Assembly: GCA_964019335.1 (NCBI GenBank)
Contig: OZ025694.1
Location: 186,001-250,000 of the forward strand
Direction of reading: 5' to 3'
Source of the DNA: Diplonema japonicum
Lineage: Eukaryota; Protista; Euglenozoa: Diplonemea
DNA length: 64,000 nucleotides
Positions within the stretch are counted from its first letter, which is position 1; the number at the start of each line of letters is the position of its first letter. Positions 13,029-23,855 of the stretch are shown here, in pieces. A program made the position numbers and the translations under genes. Below the pieces are notes generated by a model. That model had not been told where the DNA came from. It saw only the letters and a list, made by a program, of their open reading frames with translations, and did no database searches.

Positions 13029-16000
13029 ATGACAATGCACATAATAATGGCAGCGACGGTACTAACCAACCTGTGGTGGAACGAGACGGGGTTTCCAAAC
13101 TGGGGGAACGTGACCATACCCCCAAACATGACCGTGTCTGTATTTTCTACCGATTGGAACGAGACCTCAAACGTGGGCTTCTCGTCACTAAAAGTACAAG
13201 GCGTCCTAAATATAATAATCGATGGCCACATAACCATGGCAACCAATGATCTCCAAGTAACAGGAACCCTGAACATCCAGAAAATTCGGTATCTTGACTT
13301 CGTTTTCAACCTTCATGCGTTGTACATCACCGTGTTCGGTTCCCTTTTTGTGATCATAGACAAGCACGAACTAAATGTACCATACATTCTCCCAACGGCC
13401 CCCATCACCTTCGGGGCAACTCAGATTGACATACCACATGGAGACATCACCACAAACTTCTCTGGAGAGGCCATCATAACCGACGGCATTCTTACTCAAA
13501 CCGCCATGATCTCGCAAACGGACTATCAAAACTCTATATTGTACCTTACTACACCTATCGAAGAGTCGTTCTCTTCCGAGGCTTACGTTATACCTAACAT
13601 ACAACCTGTTAGAATACACAAAGCAAGCATAACAATCTACGGTGTGCTTGACATGCAAAGTACGTACCTCATCGACTCGACTGTGTACGTGCAAGAGCAG
13701 TCCAAAGCAAAAATCACGTACTGCTCGTTGGAAGGCGGTGGCGGTATCTCATTACGTGCATATTATTCGTCGATAGAGATGAATGTTATCCATAAAACGA
13801 CGGCAGGTCCATGCGTTAATATAGATACCCACGCGGGGAGTAATGTCTCCCGAAATTTCTGCGCCTCGCCGCGTTATTATTCCGGATTTTACCAGAACAG
13901 GTTGGGCTGCGGCTTCACGGACAACCTCGTTTTCGACGGTGTGTACGGATTCGTGGTGTCTACCGAAGCACTTACGAATTTGCTAAACGACCCTTATCAA
14001 GGTCTCTGGAGCAACAACAAAGCCCGGTTCCTCCATGTCGGTTTGCAAATAGGCGGGATACTTGGACCGGACGGGTACTACCATTCTCCGGGAAGCTACC
14101 ACGACCCTTACTCAATACCAATTGCGGTATTCACAGATTATGTCGGGTTGTATAATAATTTCGGGGTGGTGTCGTACTCTGCCATGATAATTCTACGGAG
14201 CTTCTACCTGGGGGGGAATTCGTATGCTGCAGATCTTGATGGGTACGCCAAACTGCAGGACGGTGTGATGTCTGGTTATCCTGAAAAGCTGCCGTTTGGT
14301 ATATTATACCCCAGCACGAGAAGCGTCATAAAGATAAGCAACCTCACGGCAAACTGGTTTAAGAATGCGAGTTGTCCGAAATGTGATGAACCGGACTCGT
14401 CGTACTTCCAGCCAAGCCTCTTTGCTGTTAGGAACGAGACATTTTACAAAACCCCAGGGCTGCTTTCTGTTTCTGGTCTGAACATGGCGAACACTGACAC
14501 GATGATGGCGTGGAAACCACACAGCACCTATCCCTCAACTAGCCTTTTTGTGTTTCTTGAAATGACGGACACGAACTTGATATACTCACCGAATAGAACA
14601 TGGTGGTCTGGCTGTAATGCATATCTGTGCCAGCAGAACGATAACGTTTATACATGCCCTCGAACAGCGACGCCTGCCTTGATCAACATCACGCTCGACG
14701 TGCTTGCTAAATGTTCACTGTCGGAGCCTTACAATTGTTTCCCGTTAGTCGCGGTTCCGTGGGGAGGCCCGCAGATTTATCAGATTCCCATTAATATCAC
14801 GGAAACCCCGGAGTTGGAACTTCCTTCCAACATGGGATGGCATTTCGACTTTTTAGGTGTCCGTAAAAAGTTCACCGTCAACCCCATCAGGGTTCAGGAC
14901 TGGGTCATTTTATCGTTCACAATTCCAAGGAACCTCGAAGTAACCGTGACTCAAAGGCAATTCATATTACCCGAAAAAAAACTCGGATCGGTAACGGTGT
15001 GCGACTCAACTTGTTGGGTTCGCATCGAAAACACACTGTATTTAAACCCGCAGCAACCGACGGAGTTTAGAAAAGCGTACGATGGGACCCTCCTTCCACA
15101 ATGGGACGATTCGGGTGACGCTCCAATCGATATTGAGGTAGCTTGCGATGGAATGGGAATGAACTGCTTGCAAGGTGCTCCACGAGAGGTACCCGTTCGA
15201 GACATCTGTGCAGGTACAGGAATTACCATGGAGACAGAAGCGCCTGATACATCGTCGCCGGACACAAGGGCCCCGATAACGGGTGTGCCCGCAACAGATA
15301 CCCCGATAACTTTCCCCCCGCCGTCTTCTAGTTCTTCTCTTTCTTCCTCCCTTAGTATAGTAGTTGGTTTAGGTGCTGGGTTGTTTGTGTGTGCTGTTCT
15401 AGCCGCATGGTACTTCTGGTATTTCAAACGGAAATACCAGGGCGAGGACGATTCGTCGCAAGATAACGCGACAGAATTTCTCGTCAATGAAACGCACTCC
15501 ACAGAAATGTTCGCTCTCGACCAGGAACAGTCCCTCCTGCACAACGAGGAATGGGTTGTCGGACCGCGCCTCGGAAAAGGAGCATACGGCACTGTATACA
15601 AAGCCCTCCTCGCCAACACCGGTTCGTTCATAGCCGTAAAGGTCATACCCATGTCCGGCGAGACAGAACTCGCTCGAAAGGAGGTCGACAGTATGAACAA
15701 CCTGTCCCATCCTAACATCGTTCCCTTCTACGGGTCGCAGGTCATTGGTTCGCAGTTCTGTATCAAAATGGAATACATGTCGGGTGGTTCATTGGGGGTT
15801 CTGATCAAGGAAAAGGGCAACCTCTCCATCGAGAGAGCCAAGTCTTTTACACAGCAAATCACACTCGGTCTGGAATATCTCCATGGAAGGCAAATTGTGC
15901 ATCGTGACGTGAAAGGCGAAAATGTTTTAATTGATGGGTCAGGGGTGATTGTAAAATTAACAGACTTCGGATGTAGCAAAGTGTTGACGCAGAGCCGTGG

Positions 16001-16337
16001 TGGGCTTACTGTTGTCGGGACTCCAAGATGGATGGCCCCCGAGGTCATCATGGCCGTGGATGATGGTTCTCAATACCCCGCTGACGTCTGGAGCCTTGCG
16101 TGCACTACGTGTGAGATGCTTACTGGAGAGCCTCCATGGCCTGCTTTCGATACTGCTTATTCGGCTATGTACTACATCGCCAGGCACGAGCCACAAATTC
16201 CTGCCACGCTTGACTCCGGAACGCGTTCCTTCCTTGAAGCTACTCTTGTTAAGAATCCTACATCTCGACCGACCTGCACGGACCTTGTTTCGCACCCTTG
16301 GCTACTTGACAGTCCTCTATCCTCCCCCGCGGCGTGA
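13029..16337 (+). CDS. Single-pass receptor-like Ser/Thr kinase: G8/parallel-beta-helix-like ectodomain, TM helix, STE11/MAP3K-like kinase domain
   Basis: Kinase motifs GKGAYGTV, IAVK, HRDVKGEN, DFG, GTPRWMAPE, DVWSLAC, GEPPW. TM IVVGLGAGLFVCAVLAAWYFWYF. N-terminal W..TGFP..GNVTIPPNMTV..LKVQGVL is G8-like, with many NxS/T sites. Confidence 0.88.
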   Translation: MTMHIIMAATVLTNLWWNETGFPNWGNVTIPPNMTVSVFSTDWNETSNVGFSSLKVQGVLNIIIDGHITMATNDLQVTGTLNIQKIRYLDFVFNLHALYITVFGSLFVIIDKHELNVPYILPTAPITFGATQIDIPHGDITTNFSGEAIITDGILTQTAMISQTDYQNSILYLTTPIEESFSSEAYVIPNIQPVRIHKASITIYGVLDMQSTYLIDSTVYVQEQSKAKITYCSLEGGGGISLRAYYSSIEMNVIHKTTAGPCVNIDTHAGSNVSRNFCASPRYYSGFYQNRLGCGFTDNLVFDGVYGFVVSTEALTNLLNDPYQGLWSNNKARFLHVGLQIGGILGPDGYYHSPGSYHDPYSIPIAVFTDYVGLYNNFGVVSYSAMIILRSFYLGGNSYAADLDGYAKLQDGVMSGYPEKLPFGILYPSTRSVIKISNLTANWFKNASCPKCDEPDSSYFQPSLFAVRNETFYKTPGLLSVSGLNMANTDTMMAWKPHSTYPSTSLFVFLEMTDTNLIYSPNRTWWSGCNAYLCQQNDNVYTCPRTATPALINITLDVLAKCSLSEPYNCFPLVAVPWGGPQIYQIPINITETPELELPSNMGWHFDFLGVRKKFTVNPIRVQDWVILSFTIPRNLEVTVTQRQFILPEKKLGSVTVCDSTCWVRIENTLYLNPQQPTEFRKAYDGTLLPQWDDSGDAPIDIEVACDGMGMNCLQGAPREVPVRDICAGTGITMETEAPDTSSPDTRAPITGVPATDTPITFPPPSSSSSLSSSLSIVVGLGAGLFVCAVLAAWYFWYFKRKYQGEDDSSQDNATEFLVNETHSTEMFALDQEQSLLHNEEWVVGPRLGKGAYGTVYKALLANTGSFIAVKVIPMSGETELARKEVDSMNNLSHPNIVPFYGSQVIGSQFCIKMEYMSGGSLGVLIKEKGNLSIERAKSFTQQITLGLEYLHGRQIVHRDVKGENVLIDGSGVIVKLTDFGCSKVLTQSRGGLTVVGTPRWMAPEVIMAVDDGSQYPADVWSLACTTCEMLTGEPPWPAFDTAYSAMYYIARHEPQIPATLDSGTRSFLEATLVKNPTSRPTCTDLVSHPWLLDSPLSSPAA

Positions 16338-16353
16338 AAAAAAAAAAAAAAAG

Positions 16354-16395
16354 TAGGCGATCCTGTCACATACTGCAGGTTTCCCTTCAAAGACA
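16354..16395 (+). repeat. Short dispersed motif Y, copy 1
   Basis: TAGGCGATCCTGTCACATACTGCA (24 nt) is identical at 55924, with similarity continuing to ...CAA(A)GACA. Confidence 0.8.
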
Positions 16396-16449
16396 TCTTT
16401 TTTTTATAAATTAATATGACTTGGTTTTTTTTTTTTTTTTTTTTTTCAG

Positions 16450-16704
16450 GTGGTGGGGATAACATGGAAATATAAAGAAGTACATCAGATGTGTTGTTCG
16501 CTGTTGACCACCCACCGGTAGCGCCCAAGTGGAAGAAGCAGATGCTCTGGGTGGCGAACAGGCAGCAAACTACACGGGCTCAGAATCTTGGTTACCCGGG
16601 GCGCCCCGGCTGGGGTTGAGCTACACACCGCACGCATTAAGGACACGACGCGGAACGCAGAAGAAGCTACAGCTAGGCCGAGGAGCGCCCCCTGTAATCA
16701 AGTA
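16450..16704 (+). repeat. Dispersed repeat family X, copy B
   Basis: Shares three blocks with 5664-5856; starts right after a T-tract + CAG. Confidence 0.85.
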
Positions 16705-16977
16705 AATGGTGCTTGTGCAGGGTGCCCCCACCGGCTTCCTTTAAATCATCGAGTTTTTTTTTTGTTTGAAGTTTTTCCTCCTTCTCTACTCCCCCCCTCT
16801 TTTTTTTTTCCGTTTTTTTTTTCCCCCCCTAATTATTCTTTTTTTTCCGCTTTTTTTCTCTTTCTTTTTTTTTTTTCTCTGGTTCTGTTTCTTTTTTTTT
16901 CTTCTTTTCTTCTCTTCCACCTTTCGTTTTTGTTTCCCCTAATGACTCCGTTGAGATTTGTACCGTTTTTTTTTTTT

Positions 16978-17690
16978 CGGGATCATTCCAAGGGGCGCAA
17001 CGGGGGCTGCGAAGCAACAGGCGGCAGTCGTGCAACGATACCTGTTGGATGTCGTGTCAAGACGAGACGCCAGAGCGGCTGAACGGAGCACCAGGATCCT
17101 CACCACCAACCCGTGGGATGAGATCACAACGGGGAAGCAGCACACTGTGCCCACAGTGGAGCTGTTGAAATCGAACGGAGCGTCGGGAAAGGTCCTAATG
17201 TTCTACATGAAGGGCGTCCTCAGGTGGCTGAAAAGCCTAAGATGGTACGCAGGCAGGAAGTTGACGTCCGTCACGACGATGGAACTCGCAGTAGACTATG
17301 AGCAGGCCACCCGGCAGTCCTTGGCTGGACCCCTCGACGACCAGGACTGGCTCACAGAGAAGGCTGGAAGGATGCGATACATCTTAGGACGTATTCAGAA
17401 ATGCACAGCAAAGAGTGGGAAGAATGCTTTCCCCGCCAACGCAAAGACAAGGGTACACACCCTTCGACATCTTGGGGGCCCGACGACACACGGCTACGAC
17501 AGGAGACCACTCTTCTCCTCGAGCCAAACCGCCCCCTACCTAGCACGACTCCAAGCAATGTTTCTCGCCCAGATGCCGTCCATCTCATCGCGACAAACAG
17601 CCACTGCAGGCACCAGACAGCAACCGCAGAACGGTGACCGATTAGTGTGAATTTCTCCCTGAACGGTGAGCACCCACCCGCACACCGAAA
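16978..17690 (+). mobile_element. 5'-truncated non-LTR retrotransposon, a divergent relative of the 34.2-40.6 kb element (C-terminal domain only)
   Basis: Translation aligns with ORF 39393-40535: VQRYLLDVVSRRDA/VQKYLLEVVTRRDA, VTTMELAVDYE/VTTLELALDFE, identical GGPTTHGYDRRP, GTRQQPQNGD/GTRQSPQNGD. Begins abruptly after a T-run. Confidence 0.88.
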
Positions 17691-17777
17691 TTTATCAAAT
17701 TTTTTTTTTTTCACAGGTTTTTTTCTCTTACACACACCAAACAAAAAAAAAAAAAAAAAAAAAAAAAAACAAAAAAC

Positions 17778-18743
17778 ATGACATTCCCGCAGTACAACGG
17801 GCTGGATGACCTGAGAAAGCGGAGCCAGCTGCAGCTCGGGGAGTGGCGAGCGAACAAATCGTTCCAGGACGAGTGGTTTGCGTGCAGGAAGAAGGTGTAC
17901 CTCACGACGGAGAAGAAGTGCAAGAAGGAGAAGAAGGAGGAGGGGGCAAAGAGGGAGAAGGCCGTGATGGAGTTCGTCTATGTCGTCATGCGCAGCGAGG
18001 AAGAGTTCAGCAAAATGTTCCGCGTGGAGCGCAACCGTCTAATAGACCAACACAACAGGGGAGAGGCAGGCACCGCATCCACAGCCGGAACAGCAGACCG
18101 CGAACAAGAGGGAGACCGCGTCGTTCTTGACATCTGGGACATTCCCACAGTACCGTCATTCTACCTGTTGCACAAGGACCAGGCGTACAAAGGGGTACGA
18201 GTGAGAATCAGCATGCACACCCCTGTAGAAAAGCTCGGAAAGACAATCTGGCTCCACCAACACTTACAGCAGTTTAGCTACATGGTGCCCTCTTACCTTG
18301 TAACTCAGTACGTTGCAGACATCTACAGCGCACTTCGAACCCAGCAAAAAAAAGGGAAGGATAAGAGAGGGCCTGCGCTCATTGACAGTATGCACAAGGC
18401 CCACCTTGGGTATATGGGGAAATTCCAAGAGGAGAGGGTGAAGTTGGACAATCTGGCGAAAAGGGTAAAACAGCGTGAGGAGGAGAGGAGAATGGCAGCT
18501 TCGTCATCGGGTGAAGCGAAAGCCGCGAAGGCAGAGGTCACGTTGCTCATTAAGGAGGAGGAGGAAGAACTTCCCCGACCGCCCTCGCCGTCTTGCCTGA
18601 CTGCTTCCTTGCTGCTGGAAGATATTTTGTCGCAGCCGTCCGTGGTCCCCATTGGGGAACCCGTCTCGGCCCCTAAACAGGAACTGAGAGAGCAACCCAT
18701 CATCCCCTTTACCCAGTGGGAGATCTTCCCCCCTCACCCGTGA
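17778..18743 (+). CDS. Hypothetical protein, unrecognised-domain family (paralogue of 21002-22111)
   Basis: 321-aa ORF with ATG after an A-run; motifs are colinear with the 21002 ORF. Confidence 0.75.
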   Translation: MTFPQYNGLDDLRKRSQLQLGEWRANKSFQDEWFACRKKVYLTTEKKCKKEKKEEGAKREKAVMEFVYVVMRSEEEFSKMFRVERNRLIDQHNRGEAGTASTAGTADREQEGDRVVLDIWDIPTVPSFYLLHKDQAYKGVRVRISMHTPVEKLGKTIWLHQHLQQFSYMVPSYLVTQYVADIYSALRTQQKKGKDKRGPALIDSMHKAHLGYMGKFQEERVKLDNLAKRVKQREEERRMAASSSGEAKAAKAEVTLLIKEEEEELPRPPSPSCLTASLLLEDILSQPSVVPIGEPVSAPKQELREQPIIPFTQWEIFPPHP

Positions 18744-18909
18744 GTAAAATGGAGCAGCGCAATGAGTAAATCTTATATATATATTTTTTTCTCTTTTTTT
18801 TTGTTAAATATAACGCTCGTTGCGCAACAAATGAAGCGCCAAAAAAAAAAAAAAAAAAAAAAAAAACTTGTTTTTTTTTTACTATTATTATTATTATTTT
18901 CATTGTTAA

Positions 18910-20647
18910 CCCATAACACTCCAAGGCGCAAATATTTGTCGTTTTGAAAAATCGTTTTTTTCTCTAAGTACTTTTTCGTCCCCACGACCCCTGGATCTCC
19001 AAGAACGACTATAGTGAGGAGTTATTTTCAACTGCAATTCATGTTGCACTGCATCACTTTACCTTCCGAGTGGATACGAAAAAACGCAAAATAACGGGTG
19101 TGCAAACTATGTCCAAAAAACGCAAAGGTAAAGCCAAAACAGCTACGGACGAGGTCCAACCTTCATGGGTAAGGGAGTTGGTACCCATAGAGACCATAAA
19201 ATAGGCCGGTGGGGGGAAAAAAGCTGTCCAACCTGACAACGCAAAATGCTTATTCCTTCGGTTTTTTTGATAAGAAGTTCACAGACGTCATCCAAGAAGA
19301 GACAAACAAGCATAAGGACGCTGAGATTGATAAGATTTCGACCCAGGACTCCACCGCTTTCTCGGATTGAGCATTATAATGGGTTTGCGGCGTGCCCAGA
19401 ATTAGCAAACGTATTGGTCCACAGGACCCATGAAAATCCCCCTTTTCAGTAACACGAAGCCCAGGAGACGCTACCAGGAAATTAAAAGTAGCCTCCACTT
19501 CACTCACACAGAAGAGTCAAACGGTGATGTGTTGTGGAAGACACGAGGGTTTCTGGACAGAATTGGTAACAAGTGGGCAAAAACAGCAGTGCCAGGAAAA
19601 TATTTAAGCATTGACGAGACACTCGTACCGTCACGGGGCAATTGGGGGGGCTTGGGGTCTACTGTCCTCTCAAGCGTAAGAGATATGGCATAAAAATATA
19701 CTGCCTAAACTGCGTGAGCACGGGTTATCTTTCGCGTTTTCACATCCACGCCACCAAAATCGAGGGGCACGCACTTGAAGATTTCAGTGTGGTGGAAAAG
19801 GTGGTGCTGGGGTTAACGGGGGATTATCGGGGAACGACAACACGGTAGTTTGCAATAACTACTTTTCGACTGTGGGTCTGGCCGAAGCCCTGTGAAAAAA
19901 CTGTGAGGGGGCTTGCATTTCGTTGGAGTGTTGCGGACTCTTCTGGTGGGCCCTAGAAGTGACAATAGTTAACTGCCTTGCACTTTAAATAAAATATGGT
20001 TAGGGTTCAGCCAAAGAGATACAAAACCCTGGCTGCTTTTAAAGAGCGCTTTCGAGAGAGCCTAAATGATGGGTCCAGCGTTGCAAAAACACCACTCCCG
20101 GCACCCAACTAGTGGTGCACACACACCCGACACCCCAGATTACACCAAACGTGACCACCAACCACTCAAAGGGGGCAACTCCAGGTTCTGCAGGTTGAAA
20201 GGATGACACAAAACGCACAATCTACAAATGCTACACCTGTAACCAACACCTCTGTCCAAATAAGTGCTTTTTTCGTACCACTCTTCCATCACCCCAAAAA
20301 GGCTTCTTGACGATTTCGAGGCCGATATTCCACCCGCAAATAGGCACTTCTCTCGGTCTGAGACATCTGAGGGGTCCTGATGCTGCTTTTTTTGTCCCAA
20401 GATGCTCAATTTACACCCCCCCGTGCACAACCCATTTTGACATGGTCGTTTTTGAGCACCCTACGGCCATTCAACTCTTCATCCCCTTTGTATTTTTATT
20501 AATTTTTGAGCTTTTTTTTAAATTTTCCTGGTCCAAAAAACCCGTTTTACCTGCAAACGGGGGTTAAATGCTGCCATTTTCCCCGTCAAATTATGAAAAG
20601 GAGCAAAAAAGGGACCCCTATGTAGATAGGCCCCGGAGTGTTATGGG
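18910..20647 (+). mobile_element. Decayed piggyBac DNA transposon
   Basis: TTAA TSDs (18906-18909, 20648-20651) and perfect 13-bp TIR CCCATAACACTCC. Broken transposase motifs YWSTGPMKIPLF..RRRYQEIKSSLHF, LSIDETLVPSRG, KRKRYGIKIYCLNC..TGY, NNYFST, and a Cys-containing C-terminal remnant. Confidence 0.92.
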
Positions 20648-21001
20648 TTAAGGAAATAAAAGAAGGCTCGAGCACACTACCTTTATCCCCCCCCCCCCAC
20701 ACACACTCACACACACACACACACACACACCCCTTAGCATATCTTTTGGGTATCGCAAAACAAAAACAAAAAAGGAGGGGCCGAGCGTTTTTCTATTTTT
20801 TTTAAAGTATCCCTCTCTTTTTCTATTAAAAACCAGTATAATCTCTATTTTCTTTTTTTTTTTTTTTTTTTTAAACATCTCTCTCTCTCTTACTTTATTT
20901 ACTCTATTCTCTTTTTTTTTATTATTTTTTTTTTTCGTTCTTCTGTTCGTTAACCCCAGCCCACAAAAAAAAAGAGAAAAAAAAAAAAAAAAAAAACCAT
21001 C

Positions 21002-22111
21002 ATGGTGCTTATAGACCGCGACGTCACGAGCTACCCCGAGTACGCAGACGTGAGAATTCTGTGCAGAGACTGGGGTCTGGGGGAAGCACACCATCAGATC
21101 GAACTCGGGCTTGACAAAGACTGGTGGTTCCCAGTAACGAGGACGCTTCCCTACAGCCAAGGGTCCACAAGCAGCATCGAAGAGGTGTACATCATTGTAA
21201 AAAGACCCTACGGGGGTGACAACTACAAAGCAGAGAGCGGGGGGAAGGTCCTATATGTAGGAAAGGGCGACAGAAAGGAAGTCGTTTTCTCCACCCAACA
21301 GGAAAAGGGAAAAAGGAAGCTCGTTGTCCAAGAGTCAAACCCTGTGAAGTCCTTCTACCTCCGCTACAAGGGAGAATCCTACCGAGGGTACCGCTACTTC
21401 ATTCAGCTAAACTACGAGGGTGAGACGAAGAACAAGGTGACGGTTCATCAATTCCTTCAGGAATACCTCTCCGAGGCGCACCCTGTTGTGTTCCCATCAT
21501 ACTTCAAGGTTTTGGTGGACCTGGTCAAGAATGGAGGATGCGATGCACCTGAGATCCGCACCACATTGCTGAAACAGTTTAAAAAATCCATCCTTGCCTT
21601 CAGGCAGCTTCAAAAGGCGGAACACCAGGCTTTGCAGCAACAGCAGCAGCTGAACCAGCAGATATCTCAAGGAACAAATATTACTGTTCTGCGATCGGAC
21701 CTACCGACCGACTCTGGGGTGGCTGTGGTGGTGGAACACGTCGAGGAGACCCCTCCAAGGGAAACTCTTACCACCATTCAGAAGAGCCCATCTAACGAAT
21801 GCACTTCCCCGAACCTCTTGGACTTCGATGCAAGTGGTGGGGACGTTTCTGACGCACCGGAAACAGACCCTGTGCTGGAGAGTATTTTGCAGAACAGCAA
21901 TGCTCTTAGGTCGGTCAGCCCCGCTCCTGGTGCCTTGCGGCACCAGGTGACAGAGGTGCCCAACCTTTTCCCTGATGGGACCATCACCCCTCCGCCAGAG
22001 GCAGTCCCTTCGTCCACGGTGCCTGCGGAAGCCGATCCTAAAGCGTCATGGATTGATTTTAGCCAGCAGCCTACCCAACAGGAACGAAAGAGTATGGCGG
22101 CGGGAGATTGA
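21002..22111 (+). CDS. Hypothetical protein, unrecognised-domain family (paralogue of 17778-18743), with a Q-rich then P/S-rich tail
   Basis: 369-aa ORF with ATG after an A-run; shared motifs listed in findings. Confidence 0.75.
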   Translation: MVLIDRDVTSYPEYADVRILCRDWGLGEAHHQIELGLDKDWWFPVTRTLPYSQGSTSSIEEVYIIVKRPYGGDNYKAESGGKVLYVGKGDRKEVVFSTQQEKGKRKLVVQESNPVKSFYLRYKGESYRGYRYFIQLNYEGETKNKVTVHQFLQEYLSEAHPVVFPSYFKVLVDLVKNGGCDAPEIRTTLLKQFKKSILAFRQLQKAEHQALQQQQQLNQQISQGTNITVLRSDLPTDSGVAVVVEHVEETPPRETLTTIQKSPSNECTSPNLLDFDASGGDVSDAPETDPVLESILQNSNALRSVSPAPGALRHQVTEVPNLFPDGTITPPPEAVPSSTVPAEADPKASWIDFSQQPTQQERKSMAAGD

Positions 22112-23855
22112 AATGATAAAAAAAAAAAATAAAAAAAAAAAAAAAATCAGAGTCATTAATTATGGACAGCTTCAAAGAACAGCCGATGATGAGCAGTTGA
22201 GAATGGGGGGGTGGGGGGGTCTTAAGAATTTGTTTTTTTTTTTGTGTATTGTATTTAGGGGGGGGGCAAGAAAGGTTCGACGGGAAAGGGCCTCGGGGCA
22301 GGACACTTTTTTTTTTCTTCCCCCCCCCTTCTTCTTCTATACTTTGTTTTGGGGGTGGCGAATATACAGACATCGAGTCACCCCGAGGGAGGGAAAGAAA
22401 AAAAAAAAAAAAAAAAAAAAAAAACTTTCCACAACGGGGTGAAGGAGGGGAGGTAGGGGCGCAAACGGGGAAAAGAAAAAAAAAAAAAAAAAGAAAGAAA
22501 CAGAACCGAGGAGGGTGTTGTAATCGGAAGTTGGATCGGAAATCACATAATAAAAGTTTTTTTTTTTGGAGGGGGACGGGTCGGGCTATAATCAACTGTA
22601 TTGTTAGCCATGAAAAAAAAAAAGGAAAGGGGGGTGAGGGAGAAAAGATTCTGCCAAGCCACAAAGTTCAGGGAGAAGGAAATCATCAAAAAAAAAGAGT
22701 TCTTTTTTAAATGCATCGAGAGCACAGACCCATTTTTTATGTCCTTTATCCCAGATCCCGCGAACAATATTTTTTTTCTTCTTCTTTCACTCTCTCTTAT
22801 TCTCTCACTCTCAGCTGTTTACCTTAAATACTGAAACGGTACTGAGCTTGGAATGTCACAGTCTGGGTAGGTGCAGCTGTGTTTTTTTCTTTTTTTTTTC
22901 TTTTTATTCTGTATTTGTAATTACTTTTGGAAACAGGGAGAAATTCTTTTTTTTTTTTTGCATGAACGAATAGGGCAACGTGTGTGTCGGGCTTCTAAAC
23001 TCCTCCCAGGCTTTCTACCAGGTACGCACAAAGCAAGCGGCCAGTTCCCCTTTGCATCGGAAAAAGAAAAAGAAAAATAAAGAACAAAAAAGAAAAAAAA
23101 TGCACCACTATCCCACTCTATTTCTCCTGTTACCCCAGAAATAGTTACAAATACGCCCCTTTCGTTCTATCCCTCTTTTCTTATGTTTCTTTCAAAAAAA
23201 AAAAAAAATCGGATTTTTTTTTTTTTGTTTTTTGTTTTTTTTCGTTTTTGTTTTAATGGGAGTGGCGGGGGGAAAAGCTTTTCCATTCAAAATCACTCAA
23301 ATAATAAAATAATAATAATAATAAAAGGAAAAATGTGCTGGGGGGGGGGGGGGGGGGACTTTTCTTGAAGGAGACCATTGGAAAAAACTTTTATTTTTGG
23401 ACACCCCAAGCATCAGTAGTTGGTCCCATCTAATCGTCATCTAGTCAACTTGCTGCCGTGCAGTTCTTGTGATCCCCCCCTCCCCCCCTTCTGTTATATA
23501 TAGCATGGGCACCTACTTTTCAGTGGCATTTAAAGGGGAAGTAAAGCACCTGTTTTTCCGCTTTTATTTAAGTACTGGAATGGCCTCAGAAGCGGGGTTT
23601 ACCCACTCCCTTTCCTCCCCCCCCTGAAAAAAAAGAATTGGTTTTTTTGATGAAAGGTGGGGGGGTTACGAAAAAAAAAAAAGATATATATACATGCCAA
23701 AAAAAGAAGAAGAAAAAAAAAAAAAAAGGCACTATTCCTCCACCCATCCTCTCCCCATCTAATTTTTTTCTTTTTTTTTTTTTGCGTCTTACTTTTTGGT
23801 CTTTCGGGGGGGGGCAAAAAAAAAAGGAGGAACAAGGGAGAGGGGGGAGGAAGAC

